Shown: positions 11,944-26,575, numbered from the stretch's first letter. The stretch: DNA of 64,000 bases from the human T2T-CHM13v2.0 reference genome, Homo sapiens (GCF_009914755.1 NC_060940.1); one strand, 5' to 3'. The notes: generated by a model not told the origin, from the letters alone. Made by a program: numbers and translations.

Positions 11944-12284
11944 GAACTAAGTCAAGACCTGCCGCCACACTTACCTCCCACCTAAATTTGCTGCATTGGT
12001 TTTCTAGACTCAGTAAACAACTCAGCCATTATAAATCATTTTTAAAACAATGTTGGGGCAACATTGCCAGCTAAGTGCCACGTGTTCCTCCTGTAATCTT
12101 GGAGAGCATTGCTAAATGTTCAGATATACAGACTTTGAGGTGATAACTTAGTAAATCTAATAGTAGTTGCACTTATTTTCTCTTTTAGACTATACCAGTA
12201 TTTAATGAGCACAAAGTTTTAGTCTACAGCCCTGTTACTCTGTTCCTAATTATAATTGAGCTCATTACTGCATTTCTATTACAT

Positions 12285-12778
12285 GCTGGGTTGCATGTAA
12301 CAGAAAAGCCTATTATATCAGCTTAAACCATAAGCAGTTTATTTCCTTATGCAACAAAAAGTTCAGAGGAAGGCAGTCCAGAGCTGATATGAAGAATTGA
12401 CAATATTTTCAGAGACCCAGGCTCCTTCTACCTTCTTGCTTCCATTTTTAGCACGTGGCTTTTATCCTCATGTTTACATTCTAGCTGCTGTGCTTCCAGG
12501 AATTGTAGCAGCATTCCAGGTGAAAAGAAAATAAAAGGACCAAGAAGCAAAGAGGCAAAAGGGGCCTCTTTTTTCACTTGGGAATGATTTCTGGTCTTCA
12601 AGAATTTCTGCCTATGTCTCCTTGGCCAGAATCTGTCACATGGCCACCTGTCACTGAAAGAAAAGCAGAATTGACTTTTTTTTTTTTAATCTGAGACTTT
12701 GTCACCCAGAATGAAATTGGGATTCTTGTAGGAAAGAAACAGAGATGGATGCTGCATAACTAGCATCGTTTGCTACAA
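12285..12778 (-). mobile_element. MaLR MLT1J/K-type LTR
   Basis: 'ggttgcatgtaacagaaaa...gagacccaggctccttcta...ttggccagaatctgtcacatggccac'. Confidence 0.75.
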
Positions 12779-12885
12779 TATTTCATGTGTGTGATTTGTT
12801 TACTGATTAATATTCCCTACAATTAGCTTCATGAGGAATAGGACCATGCCCGTCTTATCATTGTGTTCTCTGTGTCTTAATTTAA

Positions 12886-13005
12886 AAGGAAGAAGAAAGG
12901 AAAAAAAGAAGAAAGGAAGGAGGAGAGAGAGGGAAGAAGGGCGGAACGCATAGAGAAAAGGGGAAAGGAATGAAGAAAGGAAGAGGAGAACTAAAGAAAG
13001 AGCAA
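12886..13005. repeat. GA-rich low-complexity tract
   Basis: nearly pure purine strand. Confidence 0.8.
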
Positions 13006-13038
13006 AATTAACTCAGAAGACGGAATTAATGGTTAAAT

Positions 13039-13246
13039 CAGTGGTGGTCATACTATCGACCAAACCCTGCCTAGCCACCTGATTTTGTATGTAAAGTCTT
13101 ATTGCAACACAGTGGTGCCTATTCATTTGCATATGGCCCATGGCTGCTTTTGCATGGAGTGGTTATCACAAAGACTGTACGACCCACAAAGCTTAAATAA
13201 AATATTTACTATCTGGCCTTTACAGAAAATGTTTGCAGATGCTTGG
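13039..13246. mobile_element. MER58A (hAT-Charlie)
   Basis: 'ttattgcaacacag...aatatttactatctggcctttacagaaaatgtttgc'. Confidence 0.85.
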
Positions 13247-13599
13247 ACTCAATGATTGATGGTTCCTTAGAAGATAGGTCTTACACAAATGTTATTTGAA
13301 AATGAATAAATAACATGGCAGCATGGATGAGGAAGCACCCTGTGACCTGATCGCCTTCCCTCGCTCACTTTTCCCGTCCCTCCTCCCTTTCTCTCCTTCA
13401 CCCTGGACCTAGTGGGACCTCTGCACCCAGGCTAAGTGACTTAGAGGCAAGCAGAGGGGTTTGCAACACAGACACCAGACATTCTGGATTTTCTGATTTA
13501 AATTATCCATCCATTATGCCCTATGGAGTCTCCTACCTGTCCGGGCCTCTGGGGATTTTGCCATTTGGCACAGAAAATAAGATGGCTAAGTGTCTCAAC

Positions 13600-14560
13600 A
13601 CTTATGGTTCTCAGCCAATACTGAGTGACGAAACAAATGCTATGGAGAGAGGGCAGCAGGAGAATCTGCACAGTGAGCAGCCGGCTCGGCCTGTCTGCAT
13701 TCGCTGCCTTGCTTAGCCACTCAGAGTGAATGGGAGGCTGCCTGGAGCTAGCACTGCTGCTGTGTCTTTTCCGGCCCCTCGAAGGGCAGCCTTCTCTAGG
13801 CAGGCTAGAGCTCTCAGCAACTTATAGGCCCCCAGGGAGGTTCTGTATGGCTTGGGGGTAGGAGTGTCGCTAAGGTCCAGGCTTCCTTCTTCCCACCAAA
13901 CTGAGGGACACGGGGTGCATTGGGCACCGGGGCATTTTAATGACCTCTCCCCTCCTGCAGAGCTTTACAGGGCCGCGGCCCCGCCTTCATGAGAACACTC
14001 CCACACACTGGGTCCCAGCCTCGGCCCCTTGCCTTCCTTTGCGTGTCCTCCAAAAGAAGACCAGATATTTATTTCCCCTTCTCAATTCCTTTACATTCAG
14101 ATAATTTTCAATTTGGAAACAGATGGCAACGAGAAATGTGGGCATGGCCCCCAAGCAAACCTAAAAGCCTGATTTGCCCGTCCCGTTCCGTGTGACCAGA
14201 CCCCCAGCTTCCCTCCCTAGAGGGCAAAGGCCAGGCTGAACAAAATGCCAAACCAGCTTTTTACAAATAAACCTGTGACCAAACTGCAGCCATAAAACTT
14301 TGAAAACCACTCTGATTGAGACATTTGGACTAATTACCAGGGAGCAGCAGCTACGGGCCCTCTCCTAATGCTGTTTATTACATTCTCTCATTACAGAGAC
14401 TCCCTGGGGTTGGTTTCTGAAATAAAGATTTAATTTGAGGGTAAATCAGAACAACAAAAAATGTAGCTCATTGTAAACAATAGTATCCCCAGCCCAGCTG
14501 ACTCCATCAATATAAAAACAGAAGTCCTCCTCATCCTCTCCGTACTGTAAACATGTTAAA
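13600..14560. promoter_or_regulatory. GC/CpG-enriched candidate enhancer or promoter
   Basis: local CpG enrichment; CCAAT 13615-13619; GC box GGCCCCGCC 13977-13985; EBF-like and forkhead TGTAAACA motifs. Confidence 0.45.
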
Positions 14561-15474
14561 TGCTATTTATTGTGACTACATGTGTGTGGCCCGGCATAAG
14601 TGACATGGGGAGCATTTTCGTGACTGAGAGACATAAACATCAAATACTGCCTCCATCATTCTTCCAGTTTTAAAGTTATAAAATCTAAATATTAATTTTA
14701 ATAGAAAGGTTAGGAAATTGGAAACTGCAGTACCCACCGAAGTCATCAGAACACAATGCAGCTTGCAGAGGAAGCAGCAGCATTCCAGGGAGATTAAGGA
14801 GGCAGGTGGGGTCCAGACGTGGTCCATGAAATATGACATGTGTCATAAACAGAGGCTTAGGTCCCATGGCTCCCTACCAACCCCAAGCCTTGCCCAGCCA
14901 ATGTTTTGTAACTCAAGTCATGATATACGTGGATATAGAGAGAAAGGGAGAGAAGAAACAGTCAAACTGCCACCCCTAAGAGAGTCCATTTGACCATCTG
15001 TTATCTGGAGTCTGGAAAAGGTGCAGTTTGTTTGTCATTAACCACTATCTCCAAATGCCATGGCTAACCAGGGTAGGACTGTTGGAGGAATATTCATGTT
15101 TGGGCTGCTCATGCGCAGAGAGTTCTAGTTCTAGATGAAACCAGAAAGCGGACAACACAGCCCTCCAAGGTCTGATTCCTATGGGCCTCTTCATTTGGGA
15201 ATTAGGATGCCTTTCCTCACTGTGCTCTCACATCGAGCTGCAAAGGGCTGCGAATCTGGCAGAAGCCACTCATGTGAAAGTCATTGTCACTATGGAACAA
15301 ATAGCCTGGCATAAGGTTGGAGGCAGATAACTCCTGTTCTAGCCCCCACCATATAGCTAACTCTAGACTTGACCTTCAGCAAGCTGCTCACACTTTGCTC
15401 AACTTCCTTATCTACCTTCCTGATGCACGGGTCCAAGAATGAATGACCACTCAGTACGCTCAGTGCACATTAGG

Positions 15475-15650
15475 GCAGTGGTTCTCAATTGGGAGTAATA
15501 TTTCCCACTCCAGAATATTTGGCAATGTCTGGAGACACTTTGGATTGTCACATCTTTGGGCAGTCTGCTGGCATCTAGAGGGTAGACGTCAGGGATGTTG
15601 CTAAACATCCTACAATGCACAGAACAGCCTCCCACAACGAAGTTATTAGT
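15475..15650 (+). mobile_element. MER20
   Basis: 'cagtggttctcaa...tttggcaatgtctggagaca...gctaaacatcctacaatgcacagaacagcc'. Confidence 0.9.
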
Positions 15651-16284
15651 CATTAAGTTATTCAACAATTAACGACCTGCCATATGCAAGCAACTGCCTT
15701 TGATATTTTTATTCTAAATAAGCACTTATTTCAGTTATTATGGTGTTCCCTAAACACAGACATAAGTTCTGAAGTTCAAGAACTTGCTCCCCTATGTGAA
15801 ATACAAGAGAGAAGATTCAGTGTTGCACCATCTTCTACTCTTGAGCTAAAGTTACCTAATTTAAACCTGGTTGAGATAGTTTAGATAATTTAGAACAGTA
15901 TAAACCTTTTAAGACTTAATAATGTTTGTATTCAAGGAAAACATAAAGTAAACTGGTTTGAACAGTAGCCCACAAAAACAGAAGCAGGAATCTGTTTCTA
16001 GATTTTTCAGATCTTTAAAAGTCTCCTAAGAAATGGCCTGGACCCAGAGCCTGCCCAGAGTGGGGACATTCCTCCTGTTTGTTGAGTTGAGTTGGACACC
16101 ATCATGCTACTCTGGCAAGACCATGCACCTTGCCTGCTATGACATGGTTGTTCATTTTCTGTATAGAACAAAACCAATGTGAGATAAATGCAGGAGCATG
16201 GGACCCAGCATCGGGTTGGTACTTGATAAATATTTCTGAGTAAATAAGTGGATGGGAAACTGGATGAAGTACAAATGAATCAAG

Positions 16285-16400
16285 ACAGTTGTTTTCTCTC
16301 TGGGCCTCATTTTCTTCACTTATAAAGTAGAAAGATGCTAACACCTGTTCTGTAGATCCTAATGATGCTTGTGAGGAATAAATTATGTAATTCTTGGAAT
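16285..16400 (+). mobile_element. MIR fragment (preceded by small L2 3' remnants)
   Basis: 'ctctctgggcctcattttcttcacttataaagt'. Confidence 0.55.
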
Positions 16401-16929
16401 GTCATGTTGAAGAATGGGAATAAAATAGTCCTCGTAATAAAATAGACTCCATTTTCACTACACCCCATTGCTGGTCATCCCCTAACCAAACCTTCCTTCA
16501 GGAAGGCAGAAAGCAACAGCTCTGTCTATCTAAGGAGGATTCCAATTCCCAGTCACCACAAGGGCTTCCTACAACTGAGGAAAGAGAAAAGGAGAACAGA
16601 GTTACTGAGCTCCAAATAGATAGAAGTTCAACTCTCACCAAGTGCCTAATCTACAGAATGAAAGAAAGGCTGAGCTATCCCATGCTGCTTGTAGCCAAAT
16701 GATTATCTTCCCAGTAAATGTCAAAAAGAAAAGGCAGTTTACTGGCCCTGTACTCAATTCCTCACCAATGTAGAATGACTTCATGCAAATTTCACATGGG
16801 CTCAGATGACCGGGACCTCACTAGCTCTCACCCTATCCCCCAACACCATAATTGCCACCCCCAGAATGTCCATAAAGATTTCCACAATAAATAGCTGTGT
16901 AGAATAACTTTTCTTCTGTGTTCATATAA

Positions 16930-17128
16930 AAATAAAAAATGCTAGATTAAACAAAGTTAGACAGATTTTTTTTAACTTACAGGACTTTTCAGAGCCTTTA
17001 ATGCCCTTTGGACATATCCATTGGCTATAGTGTGTAGATTTCAAAATTTACTTGAAGACAGAATCTTATGTTCTCAGTTTACCTAGAGAAAATTATGTTT
17101 CAAAGAGCATAGCTTTGGAAACTCTGGG
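16930..17128. mobile_element. hAT-Charlie-type DNA transposon relic
   Basis: 'ttcagagcctttaatg...aatttacttga...atagctttggaaactctg'; family not certain. Confidence 0.4.
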
Positions 17129-20100
17129 CAAAACTGTTTCTATTCTGACAAAGGGCCCTCCTACGTTTCTTCTAAAAGAACCAAACTGCACACTCCAAGT
17201 GAGGTCTCTTGTACATGTTCTTCTTTTAATCCTAGACTCAGTTTCTTAGGCCAGATGCCTCAGTTTGTGGATGTCCACTTTGAAAAATCAACTCCTCCTG
17301 ACAATCAGTTGGCTACAAGCAGCATGGGATGGCTCAGCCTTCCTTTCATGTGTAGATGAGGTGCTTGGTAAGACATGAACTTGTGTTTATTTGAAGCTCA
17401 GTAATTCTGTCCACCCCCTTTCTTTGCTCCACATTGTCAGAAGCCCCTGCAGTGACCGGGGATAGGGATCCTCCTTAGGTAAGCAGAGTTGTTGCTCCTG
17501 ACTTATTGAAGGGTGCAGGTTGGTTTGATTTGGAATTGACGAGCAACTGGGTGGTAGTAATCAACTGCTCTTATAAGTCAAGCTAGGTGGACACCATTTA
17601 TGGGCTGCACATTGTATACCTCTACCAATCCTTCCTGAGGGAACTACAGTTTATATATATGACAAACTGGCAGTTGACCCCACAAGACAGCATCTGTGAG
17701 AGCACTCAACTTAGTATCACCACCTGGGAATGACAGAGCATCTCTGAACAGAGAAGAGAATTGAAACTATCAGGGAAGACTTCTGGAAGGTTAGTGGAAA
17801 TGAACCCAGACCTTTACTACCTTGGGGAAGCAGAAAGTGTCTGGACTCAAAGTTTCAAGCAGATAAAGAAAAAAACCTATTTAGCAGTGCCTCAGATCAG
17901 GTTCCCTAAAAAGAAAGCATAAACTACAGATTCGAATGCATTAATTGCAATGTAGAATATCCTCCTTTTAAAGCAAGGGGTCTTTTGAACTCTCCGTGAG
18001 TCAATCAGTGGTCATGGGCCCTCCCTTCAAGTGAAGGGGTAACCTATGGGCAAGAAGTTCAGCAGCTAAGGCCAGATGCACTGGCCAGGTAAAGGGAATT
18101 TAGGTGGGAACCCACCAGCATATGAAAAGCAAAAATGAAAATGTATAAATGAGCATAAGATTTTCATGGAATGATAAGAAAGCAGTCCGAATATACGACA
18201 ATATGTGAATTGCAGTGTCGAATCAGGCCCAAACAGGGTGAAGGGAAGGATGCATGGACACATTTCAGAAGCCTTTTGAGAAAGGCAACACATGCCTGAA
18301 GGTAGAGCCCCCCCATCCTGATATAATATATCTAGAATGTGACCTACTCAGTGATTTGATTGTTTTTTTTTTCCTATATCCGATGTTATTGCTGCCATCC
18401 ATCTACATTTTACAGAGAACACGAGCTGAACCCTTCTCGTGTGTGGAGGCTTCAGATAAAAAGATACATGTGCAATTCGCTTTTCCATTTCTTGCATTTT
18501 ATGTTGGCCTTTGGTATGATTTTCCTCTAAAACTCTTCTTTTGGATAAACTAAATGATGGTTCTCAGGGTTATAGGGAATAAGACAGATATGGGATATGT
18601 TCATGTCTAATATTTGCAGGCTGCAAGAGGAAATGAGTCATTTGAATAACATAAGCAACGATAACTCAGCTGAATATGACTAAGATGTTAAAAATAAGGT
18701 GTGTTTACAAGGGAATAAACTTCCTGATTGCACTGCTGCTCTCCAGAGAGATGGGAACGGAGCAGGCAAAGGTCCTGGGCATCCCATAAATTGCACTCTA
18801 TTTTTCACTGGTCAAGTGTGGTCATAGTGAATTGCTCCTGATGGTCTCTCATGTCTCTCCCAGGTCTACCGGTAAAAATTTGAAGAACACATCACTTCGG
18901 GGAATGCTTTTGAGACTTTACATGATAGCCCCATCACTGGGGCTCTTTGCCTTTGTTTTTCTACGGATTCCTAAAGTAATCTTTAGGAGCTATCCTTTCT
19001 TGAGGAAAAGATCTCATTTATATTCATTATCATTTAATTCTCCTTTCTCTGCCCTTCCCCAGTTTCTTTATTGAATCTCAGGACCCTATAATTCTGTACT
19101 CATCAGATCTTGAAAATTGATTAATGCAAATCTGTAAAAGTATTTTGAGCTCAAGTGTTAATGTCTTAAAATGGCTAAACATTTCTGCTATTCAGAAGAT
19201 AATGATAACTAATCGAGTGCCTTTTTCTTTTGAACTTCATGACTATTATACATTATATGGGCCAAGACATTGGAAGAAATATTTTTGGTTAATAAAAAAA
19301 AAGCCTGTCCATCTAGAACTTAACTTCTTTCATATGGTCTATTGTTTCTTGCCATGCATTCTCATGCCCTGCTACATACACCCTTATAACACAGAGGTTG
19401 GTAAGATAAAAACAACTTTTCTGAGACCAACTTGCGACCATAGCCCTCAATGTGACTTGTGCTCTGTAAATTAGATTTGGGAGATTTGGAAGGTAGAAAG
19501 TAGGCAGAATTTTTTTTTTTTTTTTTTTTTTTTCCAGCAAGACTGGCTGACAAACAACCTACAATGGCTATGTGTGTCTGTAGTTGCCTGATTGCAGATT
19601 CCAGTGTCTGGGGACCACATTTGTGGGTATGAGACAGCTGCAGGAACTGGCGGTAGACGCAGTCTCCTATCGGGTGATGTTGAAGCCAAAATATTAATGG
19701 CATTTGCTGTATGCACATTATAGTTCAACAAAAGTTTAAACTAGAAAAAAAAAACATATCAATCCCTCAACTTCTGAACCATCCATTTTTTTCAATAATT
19801 TTGAAAGTATTTAATTCCTTTTGTTAAAGGCCTTTTTGATTATAATTTCTAGAGTATTTTCTGTTTCCTATGCAGATTCCTGACTGTATAATAATTTTCT
19901 CCTTTACCTCTAAGGTCATACATAAAAGACACATTTTAATTTGGTTCAGCAAGTTTTCTGACAATGAAATGGACTATAATGATGGCTAGTGAGATTGGTA
20001 TCAAGAAGATAGTGCAGAAGAAATTGCACAAATTGTATGAAGGGGATGTTATTAAAATAATTTGAACACCAGGCATTAGCTTAGGTTCGGTAATTCTTAA

Positions 20101-21035
20101 AGTTCTGTTCAACTGGAAATTTTCTGATTTTACTAATTCCCCTTGAAAGTACCCTCTGTGAGATGTTGCAAAAGTCAGACAATCTGCCCCTGGAAAGAAC
20201 TCCCAGTCCTCACCAGACATCAGAAAACAAAAAGCACATGCATTCACTTTCCACCATTTTTCTGCTGGTCCTGAATTTGAGAAAAACACCAAAAACATAA
20301 GAGTATTGTAAATAAGGAAGAGGTATTCTACCTTCAAACAGCAGAGGCACAGAAGGCAAGAATTTCCCCCACCACCAAGAAGTAGGTCCGCCAAGAATTA
20401 GGCAGAATCTAGAAGCACCTCCCAGAGCATAAAGGCATGTAACAGGATTAAAGGACCAAGGATAGGAAGATTTCTCATCCCATTTTTGCTCTCTTTCATT
20501 GGTTCAGAATTCCAAGGACTGCACCAATCAGAAAACTGTTCTCTTTACTTACATTAGTATTTCTAGTTGCAACAGCTGGAGTTGTGGAACTCCTTCATCA
20601 GCTCTTATGAATGACTCTCCTTTGATCTCTATTCATAGGTTACAACTTCTGGAGAATACCTGGATATAAAAGGAGATGGAAGACTGGAATTAATATATTG
20701 AACCCAGGCAGTAGCCACAATGAAGAGAAGATAGGACAATCTGTGATAGTAACAGTTCACAAATCCCATATACTCAAAACATCACAGTGCTTTGAGTAGC
20801 ATCATAGTGCATCATAGGTAGTGAAGGCAGAAAAAAGTCCCAGGTAGACAAAGCCATGACATAGCACCAGCTTTAAACCCAGAAGAGAATTCAACAAACA
20901 CCCATATGGAAAGAAACCTAGAGAAAATTCAGACACTTTGCTCTCATACTCTGGATTCAGATAGATTTCTTCTGAGTTAAAAACAGCTGTATCTTTTTTT
21001 TTCTTTTTTCTTTTTTCTTTTTTTTTTTTTTTTTG

Positions 21036-21795
<760 letters not shown>

Positions 21796-23259
21796 AAATG
21801 AAAGTAATTCTTGAGAAAGCGTTACCACTTATCACTGAAACAACTCTACTTTAATTCAACAATTTCCTTTGGTAGACACTCTCTCTAAGACAAGGTTAAC
21901 CATGTATGTAAATAAAGTATCTTAAAAGTATTCAAAAATAAGTGTGATTGTTTTAGAATGACAGGTGACATAACTTTTCTATTTTGATGTATTTTCAAAG
22001 TTTAGAAAAGAAGATGCTCTACATTAAAGTTTATGTTGAAAGTAAAAGACATATTTTCATATATACTGTCAGTTGTGCTATAATACTTGTTTTGAGAACA
22101 CAAATTTTTTTTCTAGTGTGATTTATCTAATAGGTAATAATTTGAACATAATGCAGATTTTGTGTTTGTTAATGCATAATGCCTTCTGCAAGAAACACTA
22201 GTTGAACACAGAAAACTGTACCCAACTTATCTGAGCCACAGACAAATACCCAAAACACACACACACACATACCTCAAACATCTACCAGCTCCCTCAGCTC
22301 AGCTGTGTTATGAGCTACACCTATCACATCTGGTGTTTGAAGTTTCCATCAGGTAGCCCTCCTTCTATTACTTCCTAGAAACTTGCAAGCTACAATTCTT
22401 CCATATCCATTTCTATAAGTAAAATATAGTTCTTTTTCAAGGTAAAATGTCATGCTCATTGTAGTATGTATGTATTTCTTAACCCCTTAACACATGTAAA
22501 ACTGTTCTGCTGTTTTTACTAGACTCCTATGGTGTTTATTATTTTTCAAATATGCCGCTGATATTTTAGAGTGTTGTAACTGTGCCCCTCTTTTCCCCAT
22601 CAGACCTGCTGTTTTTGCTGTGTGATTTTGTAGAGTGCAGTGATCTTTAGGGGTTATCTGTTGAATCATAGCAGGCCTGACTGTACATAAATAATGCAAT
22701 AGAGGACATAGGAAACCAGTATCCTGGGGAGGCAATTAGAGCTTAGCAATATGAGAGAAATGAGGTTTTCACTGTATTTTCTTTTGTAACGTGTTTTTTA
22801 AAAAAATGGATTTCAGAAAAAAAAAAAAAAAAACACTAACCAAGCACTGTGACAAAAGAACCCAGATTTAACACTTTCTTTTTTATGGAAACCTAACTCT
22901 GATGAACACCTGAAATACAACAAGGTAGGGAATCGGAAGAGGTAGACCAGTTTAAATTGAAATGATCATTCATCCGGTTCTCAGTTAAGGGTCTGTCTTT
23001 CCAGTTAGATATGAAATAAAGAACTTAATCGAATTCTCAGCACATACAAAATGCTTAATCAAAGTTGGATGCATGAATGAAAAATGAAATATGTGGACAG
23101 ATGGGCGGATGGATGATATTTAGGGAAGGAGGGCCTTTATAAAGATTTCTAGTGGTCTGGGTCCAAATCTCACATGAACACCAGCACTTCAGACCCAAAC
23201 GAGTTAGAGGTATGAGTGAAAACTAGCCAGGAGTCACTGGTAAAACCTCACAGTTTTTC

Positions 23260-23650
23260 TTTCATTATGTACCGAGGCGTTCTAATTATTGTTGCTATCT
23301 CTTGTGCTGTAAAATATTTTATCGGTTGCGCCACTTTGCAGCATTTTGTCTCAAGCTCTTAACTGTCATAAATGCACCCAACTGTCTGCCAATGTGGAAT
23401 AATAAATAATTATTATGTGAGTGACTGATTTACTTTGAAAAAACATGAAAGGCCTCTAAACCTGGAGTTTCCTGCCCCCCATAATGTGCATGAAAGAAAT
23501 GAGCATCAGTAATCACTGTCAACAGTCTCTTGTAACTAAGAATTGAACCATTTATCTGTCCAGCATGTGTAAATTATCATCATTGTCTATTCCACAGGAA
23601 AGCCTAACGGCAATTTATGTTATAAAATTAATAAGATATGAGGGTTTAAT
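23260..23650. promoter_or_regulatory. candidate PBX/MEIS/HOX enhancer
   Basis: CTGTCATAAA 23363-23372, TGATTTAC 23426-23433, CTGTCA 23516-23521; repeat-free. Confidence 0.45.
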
Positions 23651-24619
23651 AGAAATCACTTCTTGTTGCTCTTCTTGGGAACACCAGCCTCTGGCGTCAG
23701 CAGGAATCATCTGCCCTACAAATTCAGGCATACCATCCAGCTGTTGACTCTCTTATTTATATATTTTCCTCTTACCTCCTCTAAGTGAACTAAGAGCAAA
23801 GAGCTTGCTTATTATTTTCATGAGATGACCTTTCCCTACATGTTTCAAGGATACTTTCCATTGTGACCAACACAGATAATGCCAGGGAGCAAATGAGTTC
23901 TGAGCACTGAATAATTGTGAATGCTCTGACATCCTCTGAAAATATTATCAGAGCTCCAAGTTGCTACGTATCCATCATGTCTTCTCTGGGAGTTTTTTTT
24001 TTTTTTCTCCTTAAACTAAACTGATCTTAACTTTAACTGAAATGCTCAAGAGCCTTTGGAGTCTGCCAATTTTCTCAGTTACCTTGACCTTGAAGATATG
24101 TAGTCTCCTTTGGATACCCTCAAAGAAAGGGCTTTGGGAAGGCAATGCATATGTGTTTACAATAGCTGAAGGATGAGATGTGAATTATTCTTTTTGTCCT
24201 TTGGGGTGAGCCTTCATGATTTCACATCCTGAGAACACAGTGTCCTTCTATGCAGAAGAGAAAAATGACTATTTATTGCCTAATGGAAAAGACTTTTTAC
24301 TTTCTGTCTTACTTAGGTTCCTGTAATAAGTTCAGCCATGTCAGCTGGGGTCCATGGGGGTAGATGTGAACTTAAGCTGTAGGATATAATTTAGGGGACT
24401 GAGGAAGTTGGCGTGCTTACTGGAAGAATGAAAAGCCACACTCTTGACCTGAGATGTTACGTGTTCAAACCAAAAACATCCTGTAGGTTCAGGAAATTCA
24501 AAGATGTCTGAGATACAGTTCTTACCCTTGAGAAACTCAGGCTAATAAATGACATGAATATGTATACAGGTAATTGTTTTTCTGATACAGCACTTCTTTT
24601 GAGAGTTTCTTTTTGTCAC

Positions 24620-25500
24620 TATATTTAAAAATGCTCATATATGCAAAGAGTGGTTGCAAAGATAATCTTTGTATCATTGTTTATTGGACATAGAGTAGAA
24701 ACAACCAATAGTCCCTTATCATGGACTGGCAAATGCGTTAATATTATGGCATATCATGTACTTAGAAGACTATAATTCACTTAAAAAAATGAGGTTACCT
24801 GTATATACCAGGTACAGACTTCCATCCCCAGTCAAAGGCTGTCTTCTTAATGAGGCCTTCCCTCACCAGTAGATTTAAAATTGCAACTCCATCTCCCAAC
24901 ATTTTCTATCTTCTGATGCTACATTATTTTCCTGCATAGCACTAAATGCCAGCTGTCATAATACATATTATATTATCTAACATGATACATAATATATACA
25001 TAATTTTGTTTTATATTATTTTAATTTGTCAATGAAAACTTGCCAATCAAAATAGTCAATTTGTCAATCAAAACAACACAGAAAATAAATCAGTGAGGGT
25101 TGCAATTGTGTCTGTTCAAAGCTGCATCGCTAGAGGTTGAACTGTGCTGGTGTGTAGTAGGCATTTGATAAATATTTTGATATGAATAAGTAAATATATT
25201 GATGTGGAATACTCTTCACTACATATTTTCAAAATACAATCTTTTAAGATATATTTCAAGTAACAAAAAAGCAAGGTGAAGAAGTGTGTGTAGTGTCTTC
25301 ATTTGTGTGCAAAGTGTTACACATGCTTCAGAGAGGGCCTTCAGGAGACACAAGAAACTGAGACAAGTTGTCTCCTCTAGGGGAAAGTACCAGGGACACA
25401 GGGTTAAGAGTGAGGGCAGATACTTATGTTTTACTGCCTACACTTTCAGAAGCTCTGATGTTTTTGTTTACTATGTCCACATTTTACCTATTAAAATTGG
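24620..25500 (+). mobile_element. old L1M 3' region interrupted by an L2-like piece (~24820-25195)
   Basis: 'gaaacaaccaatagtccc...tattatggcatatc' L1M; 'aatgaggccttccctcacc...tagtaggcatttgataaatattt' L2. Confidence 0.5.
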
Positions 25501-26126
25501 TTTTAGAGTCATGATTAAAGCTATCAGATGATAGCAGTATAATTAACTTCAAAAGAAGGAAGAACAGGGCAGTAAGGACCCACGAAGAGCTTGATTAATT
25601 TTTCCTTACAGAGTCAAAAGCATTGCCCAGAGTTCTGGGGCACTGGTAAATATTTTCAGGTATTAAAAAAATGTATTAATAGAATGGACACCTTAGTCAG
25701 AAGGAGTTACTTGGGGAGACAGAGGCACAAAAGAGAAATACATGTTTGAGGAAGGTTTTCATTGTAGACTCAAGAGAGCATTCCAAGAGAAACGCTAATG
25801 GGACAAATGCATCATCCTTTATTCTCTCCAAAGAATAGTTGCCCTGGAATCAAATATTGTGTCACTAAATAAAGAGTTGGGTTGAAAATGAATCAAGTAG
25901 GGGAAAAAAAGATCATCATACTAAGATGTGGGAGTCATGTGGATGATTGGGTACAGAAGAAACAGCCTGGGGCTTTCATTGCATCACCTTTGTCCAAGTT
26001 GCAAGTACTAAGAAGAATTATATGCTTGGTTGTTTCCTTGCAGTCACTCTGTGCCCCTCCAGAGGTCTGGCATGGTTGTATATTGGGCAAGGTTTAGGGA
26101 ATGATACCTGGAATATTCATTTAGAG

Positions 26127-26575
26127 TAGAGTTTCTAACCTAGATGCCTGCAGGGGCCAAGGTGGTGACAACTGTGATGGAAAATAGCTGAAAATACTGA
26201 TCACTTCCCCCAAAGTACATGCTTTCTCTACTTTCCTCAAAGTACATGTTTTCTTCCATTTTCCCTGAAACAGACAGAACTCTTTGTCTGTCTTTCACTT
26301 TTCACTTTTTTGGAGACATTATCATAGATAAATATTTCTTTCCTTTGAAAAAGCCATGAGTACCTATGCCACAGATAAACATTCTTGACTGTCTTCTACT
26401 ACGGTTTACTGATGGCACCTACCCACTCTGTGAGACAGTAGCCTCTATTCAACTGTAGTTTGTAAACAGGCAGGATTTCTGAGTCACTGATGTCAGATCT
26501 TCTGACTTATGAGGAGAAACTGAAAATTCAAAGTGTTTATTTAAAAGCTGTTACATTAAAAAATATTGGTGACCA
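26127..26575 (+). mobile_element. MER102 (hAT-Charlie) 5' portion
   Basis: 'tttctaacctagatgcctgcaggggcca' start and 'tcagatcttctgact...gagaaactgaaaattc'. Confidence 0.6.

Noticed and set aside
19510-19740. Processed pseudogene on the minus strand with an A24 tail
   Set aside because: No polyadenylation signal, TSD or recognisable mRNA or ORF homology.
19936-20394. 152-aa minus-strand ORF
   Set aside because: TTG start, hydrophobic composition expected from a T-rich strand, no homology recognised.
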